Shown here: one piece after another, positions 45,928-54,517 of the stretch
Layout: each line of letters starts with the position of its first letter
Numbering within the stretch: the stretch's first letter is position 1
Virus record (IMG/VR): IMGVR_UViG_3300044577_000018
Span: 1-54,517 of that record
DNA length: 54,517 bases
Reading direction: 5' to 3' (one strand)
Source: a virus
Lineage: Duplodnaviria > Caudoviricetes
Notes under the pieces: model-generated
Databases searched by the model: none
Seen by the model: the letters and a program-made list of their open reading frames with translations, nothing else
Told to the model about the DNA's origin: nothing
Made by a program: the position numbers and the translations under genes

Positions 45928-48612
45928 GTGAAAGTGACAGCCGACACCCGCACACGCGATCGTGACGCGCACCTTGAACACGCTATCGAAGTACATGGGC
46001 GCGGCACTTCCCCGAACCGGGTCATGATCGTAGGCGAGCGCCCCGGACGCGAGGAAGTCGAGCAAGGCCGCCCCTTTGTAGGCCCATCCGGCAAAGCCCA
46101 AGAGCACTACCTACGCCTACACGGCTACTCATCTCATCAAGCGTACGTTACTAATCTTTGCAAGTCCTACGATGAGCACAACCTAGATCCCAACCCTGAA
46201 GACGTTGAGTACTGGTCGGCTACCTTGCAGCGGGAGGTGGACGATTGCAAGCCGGATATCATACTCACGATCGGCGCATACGCTACCCGCTGGTTTCTAG
46301 GTAAGCACGTCTACATGGCTGACGTACACGGAATACCGCATAAGTCGCCGAGAGCATCCAAGGCGATCGTTATGCCGTGCTTCCACCCAGCCGGCGGCTT
46401 CTACGACTCGAGCGCTAGGACCTTGATAGCGTGGGACTATGCGCAAGCGGTAGCGGCTATTAAAGGGCGGGTGGCGGAGCCGGCGGTTGATGAGTACGTC
46501 GGACGTGAGAAATACTTGGATGTCACGGGCGAGCAGTTGGCCGCCATAACTCTAGAGCGCTTTGGATCAAGCGACGTGCGGGCTCTCGGTCCGGTACCCT
46601 CGAAGTATCGTATCCCGTACTCCCTAGCTGTAGATACCGAGGGAACGCCAAGCAACCCGTGGTCCATTCAGGTGTCCGTCTACGCAGGTACCGGCTACGT
46701 CCTTCGCTGTACGCAACCCGACTTTGCAACCGGTATCCAAGCTCTACAACGTGTAGCCGACTCGGGCACCACCATTGCGATCCATAACGGCATGTACGAC
46801 CTAGAAATGTGTCGCGTCATGGGACTCGATCTATATGACGCGCACCTATGGGATTCCATGTACGCGGCTTACGTCTTACGCGTCGAGCCCCAAGGTCTAA
46901 AACCGCTAGCCTACCGTTGGTGTGGTATGGAGATGAAGTCTTATCAGGACGTAGTAGGTGACGTAGGACTAGAAAAGCAGATCGACTACCTGGTAGCTGT
47001 GTCGGATCTAGATACCCCGGACCCGGAGCCCCGCATCATCCAGGATAACGACGGCACGGCTAGACTCTACAAACCCCAACCGCTGCGCCGTAGGGCTGAA
47101 TCAATACTCGTCGACTACTACAGCGAGAAGCTCGATAAGGACGGCAACCGTACAGACCCTTACAAGCGGTGGACGAAGCAAACGCCGCGCGACCTCCGCG
47201 AGCCTGCGGAAGACATACTGGGTCCCATGCCCGAAGGTACACTAGGCGACTTACCTCTTGAGGACGCCGTACGCTACGCAGCCCGCGACCCCGACGCTAC
47301 CTTACGTCTCATGCGCGCGTTAGTACCTGCACTAGAAACGCATGATCTTACCGATCTCCATCGCGACGGCATGGACGTGCTACCCGTTTTCGAGGAAATG
47401 CAATCGAATGGCATACCCGCGCGTAAGACGCACTTCGAGGATCTATCCGAGCACGTACGCACGGAAATGGACAAGCGTCAAGTACACATAGCGGTTAAGT
47501 ACTACGAAAACCGCCCCTTCAACCCTGGGAGCCCTAAAGACGTCGCAACCTTATTACGTCGTCGCGGTCTCGTTCCCGAGAAGCATACTCCCACGGGTAA
47601 GATCTCAACCGGTAAAGAGTCAATAGAGCACTTCCGTTTCACCGACGACGCCATTAAAAACGTGATCGAATGGCGCGAATTGCAGAAGGTGGATACCGGC
47701 TTTTGTCGTCCTTTGATAGAGACCTTTCCCCTTGGCGTCGATCATCACCCGGTACGCACCAAGATCCTAACGACTCGTACCACGGCGCGTCGGATAGCTG
47801 CCAAGGGTATCAATTTTTTAGCTATCCCTATCCGACACGAACTAGGTAAGCGGCTGCGTAACGGCTTTGAAGCGGACGAGGGCTGTGTTTTCGGTGCATG
47901 GGATCTGAGTCAGATCGAGATGCGCTACACTGCTCACGTCTCGCGCGATCCGCTACTCGTTAAGCTGTTCCGCGACGGCCGCGACATTCACGCCGAAACC
48001 GCTGCCTCTGTATTCGGTATCCCTCTAGCCGACGTCGATGAGCTCGAGCACCGCTACCCATCCAAGCGTGCGGGGTTCGGCATCCTTTACGGCATTCAAG
48101 GGTACGGGTTGCTAGATCAGCTACGCATGTTTGGTTGCAAGGGGTGGACTGTCGACAAGTGCGACGAGCTCATAGCTGAATGGCTCAAGCTCTATAAGGG
48201 CGTTCCTGCGTACAGTGAGCTGTGTGTCAACGAAGCGCGCGAGAGTGGTGTGGTTCGAGATTGCTGGGGTATGCCTCGGTACGTACCTGAGATATGGTCG
48301 GACGACTCGTATACACGGGCAGAGGCGGAGCGCTTCATTATGTCGCACAAGGTCCAAGGCGGGGCACAAGGCATGATCCAAAAGTCCATGGCTTGGCTCA
48401 AACCCTACGTACGGTCTCTTAGGGCTGCGCATGTGCGCGTTGAGTGGTTACTACAGATACACGACGAGCTGATGTTTATGTTTGCCGAGCACTTGTGGGA
48501 AGTAATGGATCCGCTTGTTACTGAAGCGCTAACCAAGCACTCGCTTGAGCTGATCGTACCTGTAGAAGCTAAAGGCGGGATGGCTAAAAGGTGGGGCGGG
48601 TTGAAAGGATGA
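45928..48612 (+). CDS. polA: Family A DNA polymerase with N-terminal UDG-like and 3'-5' exonuclease domains
   Basis: UDG: VGERPG..E...GRPFVGPSG, HPA; exonuclease: DTE, HNGMYD, YAARD; polymerase motifs DLSQIEMR, KRAGFGILYG, QIHDEL. Confidence 0.92.
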   Translation: MKVTADTRTRDRDAHLEHAIEVHGRGTSPNRVMIVGERPGREEVEQGRPFVGPSGKAQEHYLRLHGYSSHQAYVTNLCKSYDEHNLDPNPEDVEYWSATLQREVDDCKPDIILTIGAYATRWFLGKHVYMADVHGIPHKSPRASKAIVMPCFHPAGGFYDSSARTLIAWDYAQAVAAIKGRVAEPAVDEYVGREKYLDVTGEQLAAITLERFGSSDVRALGPVPSKYRIPYSLAVDTEGTPSNPWSIQVSVYAGTGYVLRCTQPDFATGIQALQRVADSGTTIAIHNGMYDLEMCRVMGLDLYDAHLWDSMYAAYVLRVEPQGLKPLAYRWCGMEMKSYQDVVGDVGLEKQIDYLVAVSDLDTPDPEPRIIQDNDGTARLYKPQPLRRRAESILVDYYSEKLDKDGNRTDPYKRWTKQTPRDLREPAEDILGPMPEGTLGDLPLEDAVRYAARDPDATLRLMRALVPALETHDLTDLHRDGMDVLPVFEEMQSNGIPARKTHFEDLSEHVRTEMDKRQVHIAVKYYENRPFNPGSPKDVATLLRRRGLVPEKHTPTGKISTGKESIEHFRFTDDAIKNVIEWRELQKVDTGFCRPLIETFPLGVDHHPVRTKILTTRTTARRIAAKGINFLAIPIRHELGKRLRNGFEADEGCVFGAWDLSQIEMRYTAHVSRDPLLVKLFRDGRDIHAETAASVFGIPLADVDELEHRYPSKRAGFGILYGIQGYGLLDQLRMFGCKGWTVDKCDELIAEWLKLYKGVPAYSELCVNEARESGVVRDCWGMPRYVPEIWSDDSYTRAEAERFIMSHKVQGGAQGMIQKSMAWLKPYVRSLRAAHVRVEWLLQIHDELMFMFAEHLWEVMDPLVTEALTKHSLELIVPVEAKGGMAKRWGGLKG

Positions 48613-48792
48613 TAGCCAGCGAATATGTACCCAACTGTCCGTGTTGCGGTCGACCCTTCCGTACTGGCGATACATTCTACCTTACGTCCGCCCGTGGTAT
48701 CCATTGCGCCGCTTGCTTGTCGTGTACGGTAGAGTGCAGGGGGCCCAAGGTTTTGCAGTTCCCAAAACAAAAGGAAATCAGAAGGAGTAAAC

Positions 48793-49305
48793 GTGGCTAA
48801 GAAAAAAAGAGTCCTAAAGAAAATGAAAAAGAAGCCCGTACGTGCGAGTACGCGCAAGAAAGCCAAGACAGGTAAGAAGGTCAAGACAACAACCCGTAGC
48901 CGTAAACCCGCGGCCGAACCGGAGGCAAGGCCGGCTGTACCTCTCGAGGTTTACGCGGATCTAAACGATACCGGCTTCTCGGATTTATGTGGTCGGCATC
49001 TAGAGATACAAGCCGAGATCAAGACACTCAAAACCGAGAAGGGCGACCTATCCGATGCTATCCAAGGGCTCATGGAAGTCGTAGAGGCGGACTCTATCCT
49101 GGGCGATGAGTGGGTAGCTACACACGTGCGGACTAAGGGGCGAAGTACTATCTCTCGGGAGCTCCTGTTGAAAAACGGCGTCACTATCGATGTGGTCCAA
49201 AAGAGCACGAAACGCGGTGAGGGTTCGGAGTCCGTGCGCATTACCAAGAAACCTGTAGAGGGGGCCGCAATACTGCCTTTTCCAGTGGCGGATGAGGCGT
49301 CCTAG
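48793..49305 (+). CDS. Hypothetical protein with Lys-rich N-terminus
   Basis: AAGGAG RBS; coiled-coil core. Confidence 0.55.
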   Translation: MAKKKRVLKKMKKKPVRASTRKKAKTGKKVKTTTRSRKPAAEPEARPAVPLEVYADLNDTGFSDLCGRHLEIQAEIKTLKTEKGDLSDAIQGLMEVVEADSILGDEWVATHVRTKGRSTISRELLLKNGVTIDVVQKSTKRGEGSESVRITKKPVEGAAILPFPVADEAS

Positions 49306-49307
49306 CG

Positions 49308-49544
49308 GTGGCTATCCGGTGGTGTGCTACTCGAGGGTGCACCTCTAAGCCCATGCCGCCTTCCGAGACACGGTGTCAGACCTGCATAGCGCGTATATCT
49401 GGCTATGATCCTGCTCATATATCGAAAGTGCTGCGCGGCAAATCGCGCCCGAGCTTAGAAGCCGCTAACCGGATAGCTGGTGCTCTCGGTATGGAGCTCG
49501 GCGCGTTTAACCGCTACCTCGACAGAGTAAAGGGGAAACCGTGA
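49308..49544 (+). CDS. XRE-family HTH protein
   Basis: ARISGYDPAHISKVLRGKSRPSLEAANRIAGALG. Confidence 0.7.
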   Translation: MAIRWCATRGCTSKPMPPSETRCQTCIARISGYDPAHISKVLRGKSRPSLEAANRIAGALGMELGAFNRYLDRVKGKP

Positions 49545-49659
49545 GTGACTATTCGATCGACTTTCCTAGCGGAGCACGCATAGTGGCTAGCGTTCTCTTC
49601 GTGATCTTTACTGTGTTCGGTTTGGGGTTTCTATTCGGGTTCTGCTCGGCAGGCGTGAG

Positions 49660-49842
49660 GTGAGGTGCCCTGAGTGTGGAAACACTGTCGAATACCCGAC
49701 TGTCGATATAGGCATAGGAGAGGTGCAGTGTGGACCTGCATCCTGCCCCGAATGCAATTGGGCTGAAGAGGATCCTAAGGATAAGAGTGAGGCTGGTTTT
49801 GGTGAGATCCCTTGGGACGAAGGTGAGGACGAGTTTACATGA
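49660..49842 (+). CDS. Small zinc-ribbon protein
   Basis: CPECG...VDIGIG..QCGP..CPEC. Confidence 0.55.
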   Translation: MRCPECGNTVEYPTVDIGIGEVQCGPASCPECNWAEEDPKDKSEAGFGEIPWDEGEDEFT

Positions 49843-51224
49843 CCCCTTACGAGCTCCTAACCAAGCTGTTCCACATACCCCGATCTCTAACCGGTCCCGG
49901 CGTGCGTGAGGCGTTATTCGTCATCAACACCGAGCTCGACGACCTGCTAACTATTCAGGAGGTCCCATCCGGCACCCGCGCTTATGACTGGGTAGTACCC
50001 CCTGAGTGGCGATTTAAGCTAGCGCGCATGAAACGTAAGGATACGGGTGACGTGGTATTCGATACCTCGAAAGGCGATTCTCCGCTGCACGTCGTTGGCT
50101 ACAGTGCATGTACTGATACGGCGCTCTGGTTAGAAGACAACGATCCGCACATACACGTAGGTCCTCGCGAAATGCCTAACGCGATCCCTTACGTCACGAC
50201 CTACTACGCGGATCCGCCTATGTGGGGCATTTGTCTGTCGCACAACCAGTACGAAGCCCTCGATCCTAAAGCCGAATACGCGATAGAGATCGTCTCCGAA
50301 TTCCTAGGTCCCGGCGAATGGCCCGACAGCCTACGCGCTAACGGATCCCTCACTTACGCCGAAGCGGTTATACCCGGCGACACGACGGACGAGATAGTAC
50401 TCTCGAGCTACATCTGTCATACAGGCGGCATGGCTAATAACGAGTGCTCAGGTCCGGCAGTGCTGACGGAGATCGTCAAGTGGTGGCGTAGTCAGCCGCG
50501 CCGATACACCTTGCGAATATTACTCGCACCCGAGACGATAGGCCCGCTCGTTTGGATGAGTCAACAAAAGGGGCCGGAGTCGTGGACAGGGCTTGACTGG
50601 CTCAAGGCGCACGTTAAAGCTGGCTTTACTCTTACGTGCATGGGAGGTGGTGGTACCGGCTACGTCCAGCAAGGCCGACACCCAACGTACGCGAGTCGAA
50701 TAGCTAAGGCGGCACTCGCTATGGGAGACGCGTCTAAGCGCGTGCTGAAGTGGCGATCTCGTATGTCGGACGAGCGCCAATGGTGTGCGCCTGGTATCGA
50801 CTTACCCTGGGCAACGATCATGAAAACGCACCCCAAGGATCCGGAATACGAATACAGATACCATACGTCGGCGGACGATCTTACCTACGTGACCGAAAAG
50901 CAGATAACCGAATCTGTAATAGCTGTAAAGGGTGTACTCGAGGCGGTAGAGCTCGATCGCGTATGGCGTACACGGGTCCTAGGAGAGCCGCAGCTAGGTA
51001 AGCGCGGTTTGTACGATACGATTTCGAAAACCGGGTCCTCTGCACCGTCGCGTTCTTTACTGGACGTGTTGTCGTATTGCGACGGCTGCAGCATGTTAGA
51101 GATAGCGGAGACACTCAAGCGTTCGTTTTCGAGTGTGCAGGCTGATATAGATCGGCTGCGTGAATTCAAACTTATACCGGTATCACGCATTTTTCTACCG
51201 CAGAAGGGTGTGGTGAAGTCATGA
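49839..51224 (+). CDS. DUF4910-family (M28 peptidase-like plus wHTH) protein
   Basis: PRSLTGPGVRE, WVVPPEW, LHVVGYS, IPYVTTYY, YICH..MANNECSG, PETIG, SDERQ, YHTSADDL, GEPQLGKRGLY. Confidence 0.88.
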   Translation: MTPYELLTKLFHIPRSLTGPGVREALFVINTELDDLLTIQEVPSGTRAYDWVVPPEWRFKLARMKRKDTGDVVFDTSKGDSPLHVVGYSACTDTALWLEDNDPHIHVGPREMPNAIPYVTTYYADPPMWGICLSHNQYEALDPKAEYAIEIVSEFLGPGEWPDSLRANGSLTYAEAVIPGDTTDEIVLSSYICHTGGMANNECSGPAVLTEIVKWWRSQPRRYTLRILLAPETIGPLVWMSQQKGPESWTGLDWLKAHVKAGFTLTCMGGGGTGYVQQGRHPTYASRIAKAALAMGDASKRVLKWRSRMSDERQWCAPGIDLPWATIMKTHPKDPEYEYRYHTSADDLTYVTEKQITESVIAVKGVLEAVELDRVWRTRVLGEPQLGKRGLYDTISKTGSSAPSRSLLDVLSYCDGCSMLEIAETLKRSFSSVQADIDRLREFKLIPVSRIFLPQKGVVKS

Positions 51225-51475
51225 GTAGAAATAGCGAAAATAGGATCGTACTAGATCTTGTGAAGCGGATAACTCTGCTAGAGAGTCGGATAGCTCGTCT
51301 AGAGTCGGAGATAAGGGGGGCGGAGTGGGTTCCTGTACGTCAGATGACTAGCGCTGGCGGGTGCCGTTGGGTTCCGGCTTCGGCTTATCCTCACTACCCG
51401 CGTTACGATCTCATGCTCGAATATTGGCATGTAGGATATGACAGTGATAGCCGAGACAAGAGCCGAGACGTCTAA
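51221..51475 (+). CDS. Hypothetical protein
   Basis: ATGA-coupled to the DUF4910 gene; short coiled coil. Confidence 0.35.
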   Translation: MSRNSENRIVLDLVKRITLLESRIARLESEIRGAEWVPVRQMTSAGGCRWVPASAYPHYPRYDLMLEYWHVGYDSDSRDKSRDV

Positions 51476-52283
51476 AGCGGACCTAGTATCCGACTTGCAC
51501 GCTATGGGTGTAAGCAACCGCCACGTGATGGTGCATTCGTCCTACAAGCTGCTAGCGCCTGTCGAGGACGGTCCTAAGGGTGTTGTGGACGCGTTTGTGA
51601 AAGCTGTAGACGCGGGTACCTTGCTGTTCCCGACTTACGACTTTACGAGCTGGACGGAACGCGGATATTGGAGCCGAGACGATACGCCGTCTCAAATGGG
51701 CGTCATATCCGAGACAGCGCGCACAGATCCCCGGTTTTGGCGCACAACTCATCCGGTACTGAGCTACGCGGTCTATCACGATGCGAAAGGCGGGCGTGGG
51801 GGTAGGCGGGTGTGGGGGTACGGGGATGACGTCGTTAACGCGCACGGTCTCGGCTCTGTATTCGATCGGCTAGTTCGCAACCGGGGGCTTTTGATATCCA
51901 TAGGCGCTGAAAAGCAAACCGGGTTCCGTGCTAACGACACAGGCTTCACCATTTCAAACCACGCGGCTCTGTTAGCTGGTGCCCACTGGCGCAAGATAAA
52001 AGTGTTTGAAGGTCTTTATCAAGGCAAGGGCAGTATGCTACGCAGGTACGCGCTATCCGTTAACGCAGATCCGACCAAGTACGTAACGCAAGTAACACCC
52101 GCACACGTACAGGCCGAGAAAGAGGGCGTGATACAGCGTATGACGCTAGGTCGTACCGAGTGCTGGGTAGCGGATGCAGCCGAGTTCGTAGAGTGGGCTA
52201 TCCAAGCGCATAGGGATCGGCCTGAGTTGTGGTTTACGAGCTCGATGATGAGAGTCCCGGACTGGGATTGGAGCGACGTTTGA
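51438..52283 (+). CDS. AAC(3)/YokD-family N-acyltransferase
   Basis: VMVHSS, GTLLFPTYDF, TPSQMGVISE, RTTHP..S. Confidence 0.85.
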   Translation: MTVIAETRAETSKADLVSDLHAMGVSNRHVMVHSSYKLLAPVEDGPKGVVDAFVKAVDAGTLLFPTYDFTSWTERGYWSRDDTPSQMGVISETARTDPRFWRTTHPVLSYAVYHDAKGGRGGRRVWGYGDDVVNAHGLGSVFDRLVRNRGLLISIGAEKQTGFRANDTGFTISNHAALLAGAHWRKIKVFEGLYQGKGSMLRRYALSVNADPTKYVTQVTPAHVQAEKEGVIQRMTLGRTECWVADAAEFVEWAIQAHRDRPELWFTSSMMRVPDWDWSDV

Positions 52284-52338
52284 TAGTCCATACCTCAGAT
52301 AGCAAAACGAGGAGTAAAACAAAAGGAAGGGGAGTAAA

Positions 52339-52596
52339 ATGGAAACGGTTATTTCTGTAGGATCGGGTTTTGGCAGGGCAACAATTGCAAAAGGTACAAG
52401 GCTCAAGAACCTAGATCCCAGACACTCGGCTGTAGTTATTGTGACCTACGTCGGTAGCGAATACGTACATTATACGTCGCCTAAGAATGGTCGGGATTGC
52501 ATGATCTCTATCAATCGCTTGCGCAAAACATGGGGACACCGTAACGGCTACCGGCTAGCTGATGGGGAGACTCCTGCTACGGTCATTCTGCCATGA
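52339..52596 (+). CDS. Hypothetical protein
   Basis: GGAG RBS; stop overlaps the next start. Confidence 0.45.
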   Translation: METVISVGSGFGRATIAKGTRLKNLDPRHSAVVIVTYVGSEYVHYTSPKNGRDCMISINRLRKTWGHRNGYRLADGETPATVILP

Positions 52597-53393
52597 AAAC
52601 GCTATACATCAAGGGTTGCCTACCCTCACCTGAATTAGCCGACGCTGTCTTACTCGAGGGTGACGAGGTATGGACTATCAACGTGCAACCGCTACCGCTC
52701 GAGAAGCCCATTACACGTCACTTCTCACTGCATGGGCTAGAGCATGAGCTCGAGAGTCATGGACGCAAATACCTATTATGGCTCTCTAAGTCTGCGGCTC
52801 CTGTCTACTTATTCAGAGATCAGATCCCTTTGTGGGACGGTATTACCTACGAGAGCGGAGGATTGCTACCTAGACCTGCGGATGTAAGAGCCTTTCCACT
52901 AGCGTCGATAGAGGAGGCACTACTAACGCCGCGTCGCTACTTCACGGGTTCGTTTGCCTACCTGCTAGCCTATGCACTTTATTGCGATTTCGACGCGGTG
53001 CATATCGTAGGCGTTGCGTTTTCGGATAGCGGACTGTGGGACTCGCGTTTGCAAGCCGCTGAATGGGTAGAGGGGGGGTACCCTCTTGATTATGCTGGAA
53101 AAAAAAGATCCCCTCGGAGGTCTCCCGAGTACGAGCAGAAGCTTGAAACGTATCGCAAGGCAAATCACGTAATAGACGACTTACGTGGTATGGGTACGGG
53201 CGATGAGTCATGGGCGCGGGAGTGCATTATGTACTGGTGCGGCCGGCTCGAGCAGGCGGGCATACGAATCGCAGTAGGGCCTACCTCTCAGCTGTTCCAC
53301 AACAAGTGGATCAAGACACATTGCAAGTACCCTGATGATCCTAAAGCTGAGTGCGGGCTTTATGGGTTGTGCGAGTGCATAGGAGGCAAATGA
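52593..53393 (+). CDS. Second Maf/GT42-like fold protein (paralog of 7878-8783)
   Basis: EVWTIN, RHF, FP, YFTGSFAYLLAYAL, VHIVGVAF, R..IMYWCG..E..GI. Confidence 0.5.
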   Translation: MKTLYIKGCLPSPELADAVLLEGDEVWTINVQPLPLEKPITRHFSLHGLEHELESHGRKYLLWLSKSAAPVYLFRDQIPLWDGITYESGGLLPRPADVRAFPLASIEEALLTPRRYFTGSFAYLLAYALYCDFDAVHIVGVAFSDSGLWDSRLQAAEWVEGGYPLDYAGKKRSPRRSPEYEQKLETYRKANHVIDDLRGMGTGDESWARECIMYWCGRLEQAGIRIAVGPTSQLFHNKWIKTHCKYPDDPKAECGLYGLCECIGGK

Positions 53394-54481
53394 CTTACTC
53401 AAACGTCTGCATAGTCACTGAAGGCGGCGGCGACCGAGGGCTAGGACACGTGTACCGATCCATAACGCTGGCAGCTCAGCTACCCGGCTCATACATCAGC
53501 CTACCTTTGACGGTGGGTGCAGAGGCGCGTGCTCTTGTCACCAGCTCGGGGTTAGCTGATGGACCCAGAAACGCGTGGCCTAGTCCTGCCGATGTATTAA
53601 TACGTGACATTCCGATGGGCTACTCAGTAGGACGTGGCGCGCTCCTAACTGTAGACATATGCGACGACATAGCCGAGTCAAGCGGTACGGCTGACGTGAC
53701 GTTTGCTTTCCTCGGTACCAAGGAAGCGAATGCACACGTAAGCGATCATGCAGCCGGCAAGTACTACGGTCTACGGTACGCTATCCTACGTCAGGAATTT
53801 GCGGACCCCGTACCCTACGCCCAGCGTGACAAGGACACGATCACCATATGTTTGGGCGGTGTCGACCCATCACACGCCACGGATGCTATCGCCTCAGCCA
53901 TTCAACCGATAGTCGCTGAGTCGGCTGGATGTGAGCGCGTTCAAGTTATCAAGGGACCGGGCAACGAGCCTAGCACGGGAACGCTAGACAGGGATCGAGA
54001 ACCCGTCACCCCTACCCCTGTCAAACAACTCCCGGTATGGCAGGCCCTATCTCGGTCCCGCCTCGCTATCGTCTCACCCGGCTCGACCCTCCTCGAGTGC
54101 GCCGCCATGGGAGTACCAGCACTCGTGGTATCTCATAACGAGCGGGAACACAACCGAGTTATGAATATGATGCGAGCGGGGTGCGACTGGTTCGATTACT
54201 CTGGTGGCGCTTCTGACTTTCTCGGCTTCTATCTCGACAGGGTTACCGAGCTGGTAGCGTCTAATGTCGCGTACTATATAGACCCCCCCAATGTATGCGC
54301 CTTGAATGCTATGTCCACCGCCGGCTCCCGATCCCTAGACGGGTGCGGGGCATGGCGTGTAGGGGGGGCACTTCGCCGCAGGATTCACGAGCTCAACGCT
54401 TCCGCTCCCGCCCCCGCTGTGCAGTTTCATGGTAACGAAGATGAAGATACATCGTTAGGAGGGTGGGTAGGTAATGACTGA
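53390..54481 (+). CDS. PseG/SpsG-like UDP-sugar hydrolase (GT-B fold)
   Basis: GLGHVYRSITLA, YAILRQEF, CLGGVDP, GSTLLECAAMGVP, DGCGAWRV. Confidence 0.82.
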   Translation: MTYSNVCIVTEGGGDRGLGHVYRSITLAAQLPGSYISLPLTVGAEARALVTSSGLADGPRNAWPSPADVLIRDIPMGYSVGRGALLTVDICDDIAESSGTADVTFAFLGTKEANAHVSDHAAGKYYGLRYAILRQEFADPVPYAQRDKDTITICLGGVDPSHATDAIASAIQPIVAESAGCERVQVIKGPGNEPSTGTLDRDREPVTPTPVKQLPVWQALSRSRLAIVSPGSTLLECAAMGVPALVVSHNEREHNRVMNMMRAGCDWFDYSGGASDFLGFYLDRVTELVASNVAYYIDPPNVCALNAMSTAGSRSLDGCGAWRVGGALRRRIHELNASAPAPAVQFHGNEDEDTSLGGWVGND

Positions 54482-54517
54482 CCCTATAACCGGGTTCCGT
54501 TTCAAGAGGGGGTATAC
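54474..54517 (+). CDS. Start of a possible gene truncated by the window end
   Basis: ATG overlapping the PseG-like stop after GGAGG; MTDPITGFRFKRGY... Confidence 0.3.
   Translation, partial: MTDPITGFRFKRGY

Noticed and set aside
51438-52283. Aminoglycoside resistance gene
   Set aside because: The AAC(3) fold is present, but the context (DUF4910, PseG-like) favours sugar acylation; resistance cannot be inferred
1-54517. Terminal repeat or circular overlap (TCAAGGAGGGGTGTA at the start, TCAAGAGGGGGTATA at the end)
   Set aside because: Only a loose short resemblance, so genome completeness cannot be claimed

Overview
The window looks like most of a tailed dsDNA phage genome with a long-tailed, HK97-like head. 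Essentially all credible genes are on the + strand, and no integrase, tRNA or canonical CRISPR array was seen. Order: packaging (HTH protein, terminase large subunit), head (protease, capsid), head-tail genes with a displaced portal, tail (two paralogous tube-like genes, frameshifting chaperone, tape measure, large tail proteins), lysis, secreted and structural accessory proteins, then replication/recombination (UvrD-like and DinG-like helicases, PD-(D/E)XK nuclease, Sak4-like ATPase, ERCC4 nuclease, UDG-PolA fusion). The standout element is at 41601-44530. Two non-coding arrays of GGY-NN pentamers (fixed GGY, variable NN), cut into segments of roughly 35-115 nt by a 4-nt GGCA unit, flank a RAMP/Cas7-like gene and a partner gene. 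This is a candidate phage-encoded RNA-guided system with a non-contiguous guide code. The second highlight is a dispersed nonulosonic-acid-type glycosylation set (NeuA/PseF-like, PseG-like, two Maf/GT42-like proteins, DUF4910, AAC(3)-like) together with a Ser/Thr-rich repeat protein as a possible acceptor. Several structured intergenic RNAs and a duplicated promoter/operator were also found. Family calls come from motif recognition by eye; no searches were run.
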